Origin: Bradymonadia bacterium | Lineage (GTDB): Bacteria > Myxococcota_A > Bradymonadia > UBA7976 > UBA1532 | Assembly: GCA_046290225.1 (NCBI GenBank) | Contig: JBKAGE010000035.1 | Coordinates: forward strand, 1-64,000 | DNA: 64,000 nt | Reading direction: 5' to 3' | The notes under the pieces: generated by a model | The model's input: only the letters and a program-made list of their open reading frames with translations | What the model was told of the DNA's origin: nothing | The model's database searches: none | Part shown: positions 41,836-51,627 of the stretch, piece by piece | Numbering within the stretch: the stretch's first letter is position 1 | Layout: each line of letters begins with the position of its first letter | Translations under genes and position numbers: made by a program

Positions 41836-42300
41836 ATGCATGACGACGACCAGCAGCTCTGCGCCGGGCCCCCAGAGGGCGAGACCGGTCGAGTGCTCGC
41901 CCTCGACATCGGCGAGCGCACCATGGGCATGGCCATCAGCGACGAGCAGCGCATCATCGCCCAGGGCCTCGACACCATCCGGCGCACTCGCATGGACAAA
42001 GATCTCGCCGCCCTCGCCGAGGTCATCCGTGAGCACGAGATCGTGCGCATCGTCGTCGGATGGCCTCTGCGGCTCAACGGCAAGCCCGGCATTCAGACCC
42101 AGAAGGTGGCCAAAGTGGCAGCCGCCATCGAAGCGCGCTTCGGGTTGCCCATCGACCGATGGGACGAGCGCCTCACCACCGTCGCCGCCCAGCGGGCCCT
42201 CATCGAAGGGAACGTGCGTCGGGAGAAGCGACGGCAGGTGGTGGACAAGGTGGCCGCCACCCTGATCTTGCAGGGCTACCTCGAAAGGCGCAGCACGTGA
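41836..42300 (+). CDS. ruvX: Holliday junction resolvase-like / pre-16S rRNA nuclease RuvX (YqgF)
   Basis: RVLALDIGERTMGMAISD, IVVGWP, WDERLTT, VDKVAATLILQGYL. Confidence 0.95.
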   Translation: MHDDDQQLCAGPPEGETGRVLALDIGERTMGMAISDEQRIIAQGLDTIRRTRMDKDLAALAEVIREHEIVRIVVGWPLRLNGKPGIQTQKVAKVAAAIEARFGLPIDRWDERLTTVAAQRALIEGNVRREKRRQVVDKVAATLILQGYLERRST

Positions 42301-43292
42301 TGCGCCTCATCAAGCGGCTGATTCTGCTCGCCCTCGTCGGCGGTATCGGCATCGGCGCCTATGGCTATGTGCGAGTCACCAACTACCTCGACACCGCCAT
42401 CGGTGCCGCAGGCACCATCGAGACCGTGAAGATCCCCAAAGGGATCACCTTCAAGCGCGCCGTGGCGCAACTCTCCGAGGCCGGCGTCGTCACCGATCCG
42501 ATGGTCTTCGAGTGGTACGCCCGCATGGTCGAGCAGACCGACGTCAAGGCCGGCACCTACGCCATCGACCTGGGCACCACCCCCCGCGATCTGCTCGAGC
42601 AGCTGGGCAAGGGCGGGCTGATCCCGCAGGTGAAGATCACCGTGCCCGAAGGTCTCAACAAGTGGGAGATCGCCGATCTGCTCAGCGAGAAAGGCCTCGT
42701 GGACCGGGCGAAGTTCCTGCAAAAAATCGACGCAGAGAAGCTCGAAGGCCGTTTGTTTCCGGACACCTACCAAATCAGGAACGATGCCACCCTCGACCAG
42801 ATCGTCGCTCGCCTCACAGGGCGCTTCGACGAGGTCTTCTCTGCCACCATCAAGGGCGAGCTGCCCGAAGGCATCGAGAGTCCCGAGGCGTTGCTGACGC
42901 TCGCCTCCCTCGTGGAGAAAGAAGCCCGGGTCGACGAGGAGCGCCCCATCATCGCCCGGGTGTTTCTGAACCGCATCGCCAAAGGCATGAAGCTGCAGAC
43001 TGATCCGACCTGCGTGTACGGCGCCGAGCTCTACACACAGAAGCCCCACCCCCGGTACTGCAAAGACCCGGCGAATCGCTACAGCACCTATGTCATCGAT
43101 GGTCTGCCGCCCTCACCCATCGCCAACCCTGGCGCTGCAGCCATCAAGGCCGCCATGCACCCTGCAGAAGACGATCGGGCGAAGACGCTGCTCTTCTTCG
43201 TGGCGAAGCAGGATGGCTCAGGCCGCCACGTGTTCACCGCGGACTACAAAGATCACGTGCGGGCGGTGAACCGATACCTGCGGGGCAAGTAG
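42300..43292 (+). CDS. mltG: Endolytic transglycosylase MltG
   Basis: N-terminal TM; KAGTY, TVPEG, LEGRLFPDTY, LASLVEKEA, LQTDPT, GLPPSPIANPG. Confidence 0.95.
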   Translation: MRLIKRLILLALVGGIGIGAYGYVRVTNYLDTAIGAAGTIETVKIPKGITFKRAVAQLSEAGVVTDPMVFEWYARMVEQTDVKAGTYAIDLGTTPRDLLEQLGKGGLIPQVKITVPEGLNKWEIADLLSEKGLVDRAKFLQKIDAEKLEGRLFPDTYQIRNDATLDQIVARLTGRFDEVFSATIKGELPEGIESPEALLTLASLVEKEARVDEERPIIARVFLNRIAKGMKLQTDPTCVYGAELYTQKPHPRYCKDPANRYSTYVIDGLPPSPIANPGAAAIKAAMHPAEDDRAKTLLFFVAKQDGSGRHVFTADYKDHVRAVNRYLRGK

Positions 43293-45961
43293 AGCAGCAC
43301 CAGCAGCCACAAAGCCCAGGGAGAGCCTGCCCCCGTGGCGCTGCACCCACCGGAGCCCCCCGAGAGGCTCTGGGCGTCGATCAAATCAGAGAAGCCATCG
43401 TCGTTGGAGTCGGGGTCGAGGGGATCGAGGCCCAAAGCCAGCTCGTCGGCATCTGAGAGGCCATCACCGTCATCATCCGTATCGAGGCCGTCACACACAC
43501 CGTCACTGTCGGTGTCGATGACGTTGCCTTCGTCATCGACCGTGCACGCATCGGGGATCTCCACCTCCGTGCCGTCGATCACGCCGTCACCGTCAGCATC
43601 TCTGTCGAGGGCATCACACACGCCGTCGCCATCGCTGTCGACGAACTCACCCCCACACGCCGCCTCGAGCTCATCATCGACGCCATTGCCGTCCGCGTCG
43701 TCGTCGAGCGGGTCGCACACGCCGTCGTCGTCGCTGTCGACGAAGGCGCCCCCACAAACCTCAACGAGGCCATCGTCGACGCCGTCACCGTCAGCGTCGT
43801 CGTCGAGGGGATCACACAGACCATCACCGTCGCTGTCGACGAACTCGCCTCCGCATGCGGCTTCAACAGCGTCTTCCACACCGTTGCCGTCCGCGTCGCT
43901 GTCGAATCGATCGCAGGTGCCATCGTTGTCGGTGTCGACGAACACCCCACCACAGGCTTGCTCCACCGAATCGTCGACGCCATTGCCGTCCGCATCGCTG
44001 TCGAGCGGATCACAGGTGCCATCGCCATCGTCATCGAAGAACTCACCCCCGCAGGCCACCTCGATCATGTCGTCGACGCCATCGCCGTCCGCATCTGCAT
44101 CAAGGGGATCGCAGATGCCGTCACGATCTGTGTCCACGATGAAGCCCCCACAGGCAGCGGCGAGATCATCGTCGACACCATCACCATTCGCGTCCTCGTC
44201 GAGGGGATCACAGATGCCGTCACCGTCGAGATCGTTGAAGCCACCACCACACGCCTGCTCCAACGCATCGTCGGTGCCATCGCCATCCGCGTCATCATCG
44301 AGGGCGTCGCACAGACCATCTTCATCGGTGTCGACGAACGCTCCGCCACAGGCAGAGATGAGGGCGTCCTCAGTGCCATCCCCGTCCACATCTGGATCAA
44401 GCGCGTCGCACACCCCATCTTCATCGGTGTCGACCAGCTCGCCCCCACAGGCTTCCACCAGGGCGTCGCTGACGCCATCACCGTCTGCGTCACCATCGAG
44501 GGGATCACACACCCCATCACCATCTGTGTCGACGAACTCGCCCCCACAGGCCGCCGCCACCCCATCATCGACGCCGTCACCGTCAGCGTCGCTGTCGAGC
44601 ACGTCGCACACGCCGTCGTCATCGGCATCTGCAGGGGTGTCGTCGGGTGCCGCAGGATCAGAGCCACAGATGCGCTCCAGCTCGTCGGAGGCGCCGTCTT
44701 GATCACCGTCGAAGGTGATGCACAGCGAAGGCTCGTCCATACAGTTCCAGCCCATCTCGACCGCGCACAGGTTAGAGCAGCCATCGCCTGCATCCAGATC
44801 CCCGTCGTCGCACCGCTCCAGGCCCTCTATGCGGCCGTCACCACAAGCGCTGTCGGACTGCAGCGCCCCGATGTCGCAGAAGGGTGTCGGCCGCGGGGTG
44901 CCGACCTGATCACTGACGATGCGCTCTCCCGTGGCATCGCGACAGTCGCTGGCGCTGCGGGCGGGGCTGTCTGCCCGCAGCGGGTAGCCCCGCACGCCCT
45001 CGATGCTCTCGTACGCCCCGATGCCGATGCTGAAGGTGAGGATGTCGGCCCCGACGGTGGGGCAGTTGGTGGTGGCCAGGAACATGTTCTGGCCCAGAGA
45101 GTCGATCCCGCCCACACAGGCGTCGGGGTTGCCTCCGGTGTAGTTGCCCACCAGGCGCACGGTAGAAGACACCCCAGCAGGGCTCTGGTGCACCAGCGCG
45201 CCGCCATCAGGCCCGGCGGTGTTGCCCACGAAGGTATTGTGGGACACCCGCACCTCCACAGGGCTCGCGGCGTCGGTGAAGATGGCCCCGCCGCCGACAT
45301 CGGCGGCGTTCTCGGAGAATGTGCTGTTGACGACGTGTGTGATGCCCCCGCTGGCGGCGACAGCAGCGCCGTTCGTGGCGCGGTTGCGGCGCAGGGTGGT
45401 GTTGCTGATCTCGAGGCGAGAGAGGCCTCCTGAGATGGCCAGTGCACCGCCCACCTCGGCGCGGTTGCCCACCAGGAAGCAGTCGGTCATACGCACGTTG
45501 CCGTTGTTGACGGCCACAGCGCCGCCGCGATCCGCCCCCTCGGCCCAAGGGTCACCTTGGGTCAGGGTGAGTTGCTCGAAGCTCACCTGGGCGTCATGAA
45601 CCTCCACGATGCGGCTCAAGCCCTCACCGGAGATCGACACACCCGGACCGCCCCGGATCGTCAGCTCGTCCCGAACGTCGAGATCGCCACGCAACGCGTC
45701 ATCATCAGATCCCTGGAGCGCGATGACATAGGTCCCCTCGGAGAGCAGGATTGTGTCGGCGCCCGATCCTGCAGGGCACTCACCTTCGTCGACTCCGATG
45801 GGGGCGTCGGCGTTGGCGGCGATGACGGCCTCTCTCAAAGAGCACATGCCATCCTGGCCGTTGAGCACGTCTGCGGTGGTGGTCACCTCGATGTCCAGGG
45901 CCAGGGCGGCCTGGGGTGCGCACACGGCGCCGAGGAGGATGAAGCGCTTGATCGAAGGCAT
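43253..45961 (-). CDS. CSLREA-domain surface protein with beta-helix, myxobacterial Cys-rich repeat, DxDxDG repeats and MYXO-CTERM-like tail
   Basis: DGMCSLREAV; GGA-rich repeats; CGDG..ERCDDG..GDGCS; about 10 units of 33 aa DxDxDGxCD..ACGG; GGCSATG..WALWLLVLL..RR. Confidence 0.88.
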   Translation of the reverse strand: MPSIKRFILLGAVCAPQAALALDIEVTTTADVLNGQDGMCSLREAVIAANADAPIGVDEGECPAGSGADTILLSEGTYVIALQGSDDDALRGDLDVRDELTIRGGPGVSISGEGLSRIVEVHDAQVSFEQLTLTQGDPWAEGADRGGAVAVNNGNVRMTDCFLVGNRAEVGGALAISGGLSRLEISNTTLRRNRATNGAAVAASGGITHVVNSTFSENAADVGGGAIFTDAASPVEVRVSHNTFVGNTAGPDGGALVHQSPAGVSSTVRLVGNYTGGNPDACVGGIDSLGQNMFLATTNCPTVGADILTFSIGIGAYESIEGVRGYPLRADSPARSASDCRDATGERIVSDQVGTPRPTPFCDIGALQSDSACGDGRIEGLERCDDGDLDAGDGCSNLCAVEMGWNCMDEPSLCITFDGDQDGASDELERICGSDPAAPDDTPADADDDGVCDVLDSDADGDGVDDGVAAACGGEFVDTDGDGVCDPLDGDADGDGVSDALVEACGGELVDTDEDGVCDALDPDVDGDGTEDALISACGGAFVDTDEDGLCDALDDDADGDGTDDALEQACGGGFNDLDGDGICDPLDEDANGDGVDDDLAAACGGFIVDTDRDGICDPLDADADGDGVDDMIEVACGGEFFDDDGDGTCDPLDSDADGNGVDDSVEQACGGVFVDTDNDGTCDRFDSDADGNGVEDAVEAACGGEFVDSDGDGLCDPLDDDADGDGVDDGLVEVCGGAFVDSDDDGVCDPLDDDADGNGVDDELEAACGGEFVDSDGDGVCDALDRDADGDGVIDGTEVEIPDACTVDDEGNVIDTDSDGVCDGLDTDDDGDGLSDADELALGLDPLDPDSNDDGFSDLIDAQSLSGGSGGCSATGAGSPWALWLLVLLYLPRRYRFTART

Positions 45962-45994
45962 GGGGCCTCTCCGAGTTCGAAGTCAGGCATCTAA

Positions 45995-46153
45995 GAGCTC
46001 CTAACACAACGGCTCCCATCGCCAGGAATACGATGCACTTCGCGAGAGTCCCGAAGCCATCCTCGACGGGCCATTGGGCTCGCCTGCGGGTGCTTCGGAC
46101 CTCTCACTCGTGCCTCGCGTCCCTGTCTCGGTCCGCCGTTGTGTTAGAACCTC
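45995..46153. repeat. 159-bp palindromic MITE/REP-like element, copy A
   Basis: Terminal IR gagctcctaacacaacggc / gccgttgtgttagaacctc; similar to 49604-49762. Confidence 0.8.
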
Positions 46154-46229
46154 TGAATGTTCGAGTGATTGACAGTCCAACCCATTGGCCGGCAGCCTGT
46201 GGTCCACACACATTCGGGCTGGAGTCTAT

Positions 46230-48188
46230 ATGGCTGGCGACGAGATCAACAGACGACGGTTTCTGGTATACGGCGCCGGCGCCCTGAGCGCTCTGGGGCT
46301 CGTAGGTTGTGATGACGACAGCGCAGGGGCCGAAGCGTCCGGCGGCGCTGGTGGTATGGGGGGAGAGACCTCTGGTGGTGCAGGCGGCGCTGGCGGCATG
46401 GGGGGCGAGGTGGCCTCACCGCCCCTCGCCGACACGGGCCCCGCCCTCGCTGACCGGATCCCCCACAACATCACCTTTGCCAGCAGAGATGAGCTCGATC
46501 TCACGCTCAACCTGATCAGTGGCCACCTGCCCGAGGGGCTCTCCGGCCACGCCTTCGTTGTGGCCCCGGTGCCATACGACGACGTCCGGGCCACCAAGCT
46601 CAACGGCGACGGCATGCTCTACCGCTTCGACCTCTCCCCCGAGGGGGTGAAGCTGAAGAGCGCCCTGCTCAAGACCCCCTGCTATTACGCCGACGAGGCC
46701 ACGGCGGGCACCGCCCACGCCTTCCGGAACTCCGCCATCACCCGCAGCAGCCCCGCCCTGGGCTTCCGAAACCAGCTCAACACCGCCCTGGTGAACATGG
46801 ACGACCGCCTGCTGGCCACCTTCGACGCCGGCCGACCGTGGGAGGTCGATCCTGTGTCGTTGCAGCTCGTGGGCCCCGTGGGGGCGATCCCCGAGTGGCG
46901 GGAGTCAGTGCCGGTCCTCGACGGGGTGTTCCCGCTCTTCACCTCGACGGCGCACCCGGTCTACGACCACCACACGAAAGAGCTGCTGCTGGTGAACTAC
47001 GGCTACGGCGCCGGAGGCCAGTACAGCGACGTGATGATCTGGCGAGGCGAAGGCGCAGTGCACAGCTGGACGCTGGTGGACGACGCTGGCGAGCAGCTGG
47101 CCCTCGACCAGCTGCCCCATCAGCTGGCCCTCACGGAGAACCACCTCATCGTGGTGGAGGCGGCCTTCCTCGTCGAGACGGAGCAGGTCTTCAACCCCGA
47201 CGCCCCTGGGCGCCCTCAGAAGCCGTTCTGCAGGCTGCTCATCGTGCCCCGCTCGGCTCTGGTCGAAGGCGTCGAGCAAGTCACCGCCGTGGTGGCGGAG
47301 CTGCCCATGGAGGCCGCCCACCTCACCGCGGACTACCACGAGCCCGACGGCAACATCGTACTGCACGTGGGCCACATCCCCGGCACCGACCCTTCGGAGT
47401 GGCTCCGCACCGACGATGTGCTGGCCCATGGCGGTGATCCGATCCGTGAGGATCTCGTGGGCTGGCTCGTGGCCAGCAGCGACATCGGCACCTTGGGCCG
47501 CCACGTCGTCGACCCCACCACCGGCGCCGTGGTGGATCACACCCTCACCCAGGACGACGAATGGTCCTGGGGGCTCTCACTGCTCACCCACAACAACTTC
47601 CCGGGGTTGCCTCCAGAGGGTCGCCACCAGGACATCTTCTGGGTGGCCGGCGGCCTCACCGCCGAGGCGCTGTCGGCACGGGTGCTCGATCTCTACGCCG
47701 AGCACCCCCACCGCACGATCCCCGTGGCCGATCTGCCCCTTGAAGAGGGCCGCCCGGCCAACCTGCTCCGCCTCGACGTGGAGACGATGGCCATCGCCGA
47801 CACCTATGCCATGCCCGCAGGGCGCGCGCCCATGTCGCCACAGTTCGTGCCCAAGTCGGGTTCGAGCGATCCCCGTGAGGGCTTCTTGCTGTGCATGATG
47901 TCGTCTGATGACGACCAGACTGAAGGTTCGAGCGGCCAGGAGCTCTGGATCTTCGACGCCCAGAACCTCAGCCAGGGGCCCCTGGCCCGGCTGGGCCACA
48001 CCGACATCAACGTGGCGTTCACGCTGCACACCACCTGGCTGCCAACGCTGAAGGCAGCGAGCCGCACGGACCACCCCGTGGCCCGGGACGAGTACATGCC
48101 CCGTATCGAGGCAATCGAAGACGACGCTGAGCGCGCCGAGATCCTGGCTCTGTTCGAAGCTTCGGTGTTCCCCCACTTCGAGGGCTGA
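46230..48188 (+). CDS. Carotenoid oxygenase (RPE65/CCD) family protein, Tat lipoprotein
   Basis: INRRRFL and lipobox LVGC; NGDGML; four candidate Fe ligands TAHP, LPHQ, AAHL, TLHT. Confidence 0.85.
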   Translation: MAGDEINRRRFLVYGAGALSALGLVGCDDDSAGAEASGGAGGMGGETSGGAGGAGGMGGEVASPPLADTGPALADRIPHNITFASRDELDLTLNLISGHLPEGLSGHAFVVAPVPYDDVRATKLNGDGMLYRFDLSPEGVKLKSALLKTPCYYADEATAGTAHAFRNSAITRSSPALGFRNQLNTALVNMDDRLLATFDAGRPWEVDPVSLQLVGPVGAIPEWRESVPVLDGVFPLFTSTAHPVYDHHTKELLLVNYGYGAGGQYSDVMIWRGEGAVHSWTLVDDAGEQLALDQLPHQLALTENHLIVVEAAFLVETEQVFNPDAPGRPQKPFCRLLIVPRSALVEGVEQVTAVVAELPMEAAHLTADYHEPDGNIVLHVGHIPGTDPSEWLRTDDVLAHGGDPIREDLVGWLVASSDIGTLGRHVVDPTTGAVVDHTLTQDDEWSWGLSLLTHNNFPGLPPEGRHQDIFWVAGGLTAEALSARVLDLYAEHPHRTIPVADLPLEEGRPANLLRLDVETMAIADTYAMPAGRAPMSPQFVPKSGSSDPREGFLLCMMSSDDDQTEGSSGQELWIFDAQNLSQGPLARLGHTDINVAFTLHTTWLPTLKAASRTDHPVARDEYMPRIEAIEDDAERAEILALFEASVFPHFEG

Positions 48189-48190
48189 GC

Positions 48191-48721
48191 TCACTTTTTG
48201 TGGGCCACCATCACCGCCAGCTGCAGGGGCACGCTGCGATCAGGATCATCAGGGTGATAGATCACCGGCACTTCTGAGTGCGCGGGCAGGCGATCTCGCA
48301 CGCAGCTGCAGATCAGCACCTTGCCTCGGCGCATCTGCCCGTCGGGCCCTGGATACTCGTAGTGCAACACCCCCGTGCGCTCATGAGCAGGCTTGAGCAG
48401 CTCGTGCAACATGACCACGGGCTGTAAATGCCCCAGCCGCCCCTGCACCCGGGGGCCGCACTGCACCAGCTCTGCCCAGCGCTGATAGGCCCTGTTGCCC
48501 CCGATCATCGCCGCAAGGGCACCTGCACCGGCGAGCACACCACCGGCGACGAGTCCGAGGCTCTGGCCTGTGGCGAAGCCGAGGGCCCCGAGGGCCCCAC
48601 CGATGAGCACGCACTCCACGCCCACCCGCACCGCGGCGGGGCGCCATGGTCGATCCCGGCGGGCATCTCTGGCGCTGTACGTACGGGGTGGATCTTCGGA
48701 GAGCTTCTTGCCCGCGCCCAT
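48191..48721 (-). CDS. Two-TM membrane protein, DUF3592-like
   Basis: Two TM helices; YEY..DG and VPVIYHPDDPDRS. Confidence 0.6.
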   Translation of the reverse strand: MGAGKKLSEDPPRTYSARDARRDRPWRPAAVRVGVECVLIGGALGALGFATGQSLGLVAGGVLAGAGALAAMIGGNRAYQRWAELVQCGPRVQGRLGHLQPVVMLHELLKPAHERTGVLHYEYPGPDGQMRRGKVLICSCVRDRLPAHSEVPVIYHPDDPDRSVPLQLAVMVAHKK

Positions 48722-48724
48722 CGC

Positions 48725-49033
48725 TCAGCCCTCGTCGGTGGGCTCAGGGTGGATGCGGTCGAGGGTGGCTTCGAGACGATCGAGGGCGCCAGACAGGCCC
48801 TGCACCCGATCGCCGAGACGGGCCACCTCTTCAGTGAGGCCCGCCATATCGGCGCCAGAGGCTGCGCCCACACTCGCCAAGCCCTCGACGACGGCCTCGA
48901 CGGCGGATCGTCCCAGGCGGGCCCTGACATCTGTGCCCCGGACCACCGCCATGAGCACACGGGGATCTCCGGCCACCCGCAGGAGCACGTCGAGGCCCAG
49001 TCGCTTGAGCTTGCCGGAGATGGGGTTGGCCAT
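48725..49033 (-). CDS. Small coiled-coil hypothetical protein
   Basis: Packed between neighbours (2-3 bp gaps); heptad-like C-terminus. Confidence 0.55.
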   Translation of the reverse strand: MANPISGKLKRLGLDVLLRVAGDPRVLMAVVRGTDVRARLGRSAVEAVVEGLASVGAASGADMAGLTEEVARLGDRVQGLSGALDRLEATLDRIHPEPTDEG

Positions 49034-49035
49034 GG

Positions 49036-49554
49036 CTACTTCAACTTCTTCTTCGACGTCTTCTTGAAGGTCTCGCCGGCCTCGGTGAGCGCTGCGAAGC
49101 GTTGATTGGGCGTGTGACAGTGGCTGCAGTCCACTTTTTGCTCCAAAGAGATCGCCCACATCTGCTTCGAGGTCTCCCCCATGGGGGTGTAGGCGTCGCG
49201 CCCGGCGTGACAATCCTTGCAGGCGACGCCGTGGGTCTTGGAGACGTGCATCATCTGCTGACTCACCAGCTTCAAGCGGGCGTCGGGGTAGCTCTTGAAG
49301 TCTTTGCTGTGACAGTGCTTGCAGGGCCGCTTGAGGGCCTTGGTGAACTGCTTCATCTCGCGGCGGCGCATCTTCGGATCTTCGTTTTCGAACCAGGCCT
49401 CGGCCCGGGCATCCCAGTCTACCCCTTCAATCTCGAGGGGCGTCGTGGGCTTGGGCTCCGCAGGTGGCTGAATCGGATCTGCAGCCATCAGCAGCCCGAG
49501 GGCGAGAAAGCCCATGATCAGCGGGGGCATCCAGCGGGTGAGCGACTTCTTCAT
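49036..49554 (-). CDS. Secreted triheme c-type cytochrome
   Basis: Signal peptide; CKHCH, CKDCH, CSHCH, each with an upstream Met-containing helix. Confidence 0.85.
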   Translation of the reverse strand: MKKSLTRWMPPLIMGFLALGLLMAADPIQPPAEPKPTTPLEIEGVDWDARAEAWFENEDPKMRRREMKQFTKALKRPCKHCHSKDFKSYPDARLKLVSQQMMHVSKTHGVACKDCHAGRDAYTPMGETSKQMWAISLEQKVDCSHCHTPNQRFAALTEAGETFKKTSKKKLK

Positions 49555-49603
49555 CGGCCGGCCTTTACGTGTCTGTTCTGCTCAGATACAGCAGTTTGGC
49601 TTT

Positions 49604-49762
49604 GAGGTCCCAACAAAACAGCTCCCGTCGCCAGGGCCGCGATGCACTTCGCGAGACAGCCAAAACCGTCCTCGACGATGCTTCGGCATCGCCTGCGGGT
49701 GTTTTGGATGTCTCACTTGCACCTCACGACCTTGGCTCGGTCCGCTGTGTTGTTAGGACCTC
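49604..49762. repeat. 159-bp palindromic MITE/REP-like element, copy B
   Basis: Terminal IR gaggtcccaacaaaacagc / gctgtgttgttaggacctc; central cgatgc-ttcg-gcatcg. Confidence 0.8.
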
Positions 49763-49966
49763 TTCATCTTGAACCTTTGGGTCTCGAACTCTTGGGAACC
49801 TGCGGCCCACATCGACCATCTCTGGTCATCGGAGATTCATTGCAGGCCCACGTGCACATGAAACAGAGGCCCCGTCGAGGGTTTCTTCCACGTGCCTGTG
49901 CCGTAAGCTTTCGCCCGAGCGCTTTGCCGTAGACCCTGGCAGCCCACACCACTCGAGAGGACCACA

Positions 49967-50905
49967 ATGCGCGTACTCGTCATCATGGACCCCATCCACA
50001 CGGTCCACCCTGACAAGGACACATCCTTCGGCTTCATCCTCGCCGCCCAGGCCCGGGGTCACGAGGTCTTCTACTGCCAGGCGGAAGATCTCTACATCAC
50101 CCCCGGCGAGGGGGCCGGAGCACGCTGCGCAGCGCTCACCGTCCGGCATCAGCTCACCGACTTCTTCGATCTTGGAGAGTGGTCTGGCCGCCCCCTGAGC
50201 GACTTCCACACCATCTGGATGCGGAAAGATCCCCCTGTGGACTGGGTCTACCTGCACGCCACCTACATCCTCGATCAGGCCCCGGCGAGCACCCTGGTGG
50301 TGAACCGCCCCTCGGCCACCCGAGGCGCAAACGAGAAGCTCTACGCCCTCAACTGGCCAGAGTTCTGCCCCGAGACCCTGGTGACCCGCGACGCCGCCCG
50401 CATCACCGCCTGGCTGGCCCAGGGGCAGCCTCTCATCGCCAAGCCCGTGGACGGCCACGGCGGCGCGGGCATCTTCTTGCTCTCCCCCGGTGATCGCAAC
50501 GTACCCAGCATCATCGAGACCCTCACCGAGGAGGGCCGCCGCTGGATCATCGTGCAGGCCTACCTCCCGGCGGCTCGAGAGGGCGACAAGCGCATCATCC
50601 TCATCAACGGCGAGCCCATGGGGGCGATCCTCCGAGTGCCTCAAGACTCGGACCACCGCGGCAACATGCACGTGGGCGGCAGCGCCGTGGCCGTCGACGT
50701 CACGGACGACGAGCGGAAGATGTGCGCCACGCTGGCGCCGAAGCTGCGAGAGGACGGGCTCTACTTCGTGGGCCTCGACGTGATCGGCGGCAAGATGACC
50801 GAGATCAACGTCACGAGCCCCACGGGTATCCGTGAGATCCAATCTCTGGGTGGGCCGGATTTGGGTGATGCGTATGTGAAGTGGATCGAAGGCGTGGTGG
50901 GCTGA
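49967..50905 (+). CDS. gshB: Glutathione synthetase
   Basis: IMDPI..KDTS, WMRKDPP, NEKL, KPVDGHGGAGIF, EGDKRI, RGNMHVGG, GLDVIG..TEINVTSPTG. Confidence 0.97.
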   Translation: MRVLVIMDPIHTVHPDKDTSFGFILAAQARGHEVFYCQAEDLYITPGEGAGARCAALTVRHQLTDFFDLGEWSGRPLSDFHTIWMRKDPPVDWVYLHATYILDQAPASTLVVNRPSATRGANEKLYALNWPEFCPETLVTRDAARITAWLAQGQPLIAKPVDGHGGAGIFLLSPGDRNVPSIIETLTEEGRRWIIVQAYLPAAREGDKRIILINGEPMGAILRVPQDSDHRGNMHVGGSAVAVDVTDDERKMCATLAPKLREDGLYFVGLDVIGGKMTEINVTSPTGIREIQSLGGPDLGDAYVKWIEGVVG

Positions 50906-50922
50906 GGGGAGCGGTCGCCCGC

Positions 50923-51456
50923 TCAGTACTCCGGCGTACCCATGCCGCTGCGGTCCGGCGGCCCGTCGAAGCCCAGGCGCTCCCACAGCTTCTGGGACTT
51001 CAGCCCCCACAACGCCTTGAGCGTGTCGGCGTAGGCCTGCTGATCGAACTGGGGCCGACCATCAGGGCCAGGGTTCTGCGCCGCCCAGGCGAGGTGCCGT
51101 TGGAACACGTTGAGCATCATGTGAATGATGTCGTGTGGGTGATCCTTCTTGCGCAGTCGCATGCGGTAGAAGGTCTGGGCCTCGGGGGGGTTCTGGTTGA
51201 AGATCTGCGAGCCGATGATGATGTGAAACGTGAGGTGCATGAAGGGGTTGCTGCCGTCGGGCAGCTCATCTTCGCCACCGAGCACGTCCATGGTCTCAAA
51301 GATCGGGAACCAGTCGGGGTGATCGGCCATGGACCGCCCGATGAAGGCCTCTTGCCCCTTGAGCTCGATGCCCTGACGCATCTTCTGCCAGATATGGGCG
51401 AGGGTGGGTCGATCCACCCCCTGAAGCTCGAGCACCACCTTGCCATCGTCAGCCAT
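50923..51456 (-). CDS. DUF1841-like protein
   Basis: DHPDW, NPFMHLTFH..QI..PP, HDIIH. Confidence 0.7.
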   Translation of the reverse strand: MADDGKVVLELQGVDRPTLAHIWQKMRQGIELKGQEAFIGRSMADHPDWFPIFETMDVLGGEDELPDGSNPFMHLTFHIIIGSQIFNQNPPEAQTFYRMRLRKKDHPHDIIHMMLNVFQRHLAWAAQNPGPDGRPQFDQQAYADTLKALWGLKSQKLWERLGFDGPPDRSGMGTPEY

Positions 51457-51627
51457 CACGATCTCTCAACACTGTGCGGCAATTGCCGCTTTACACCACA
51501 GCGCGGTCACCACCGCTTTGATGTGTGAAATTATCGATGGCGCAGTGTGGGTGCAAGGCGTGTGGTGTTCTACCCCCTGGTCACCCACCTTCTTTTTGAA
51601 GGCGGGCTGGAGTGAAGTGAAGCCAGC

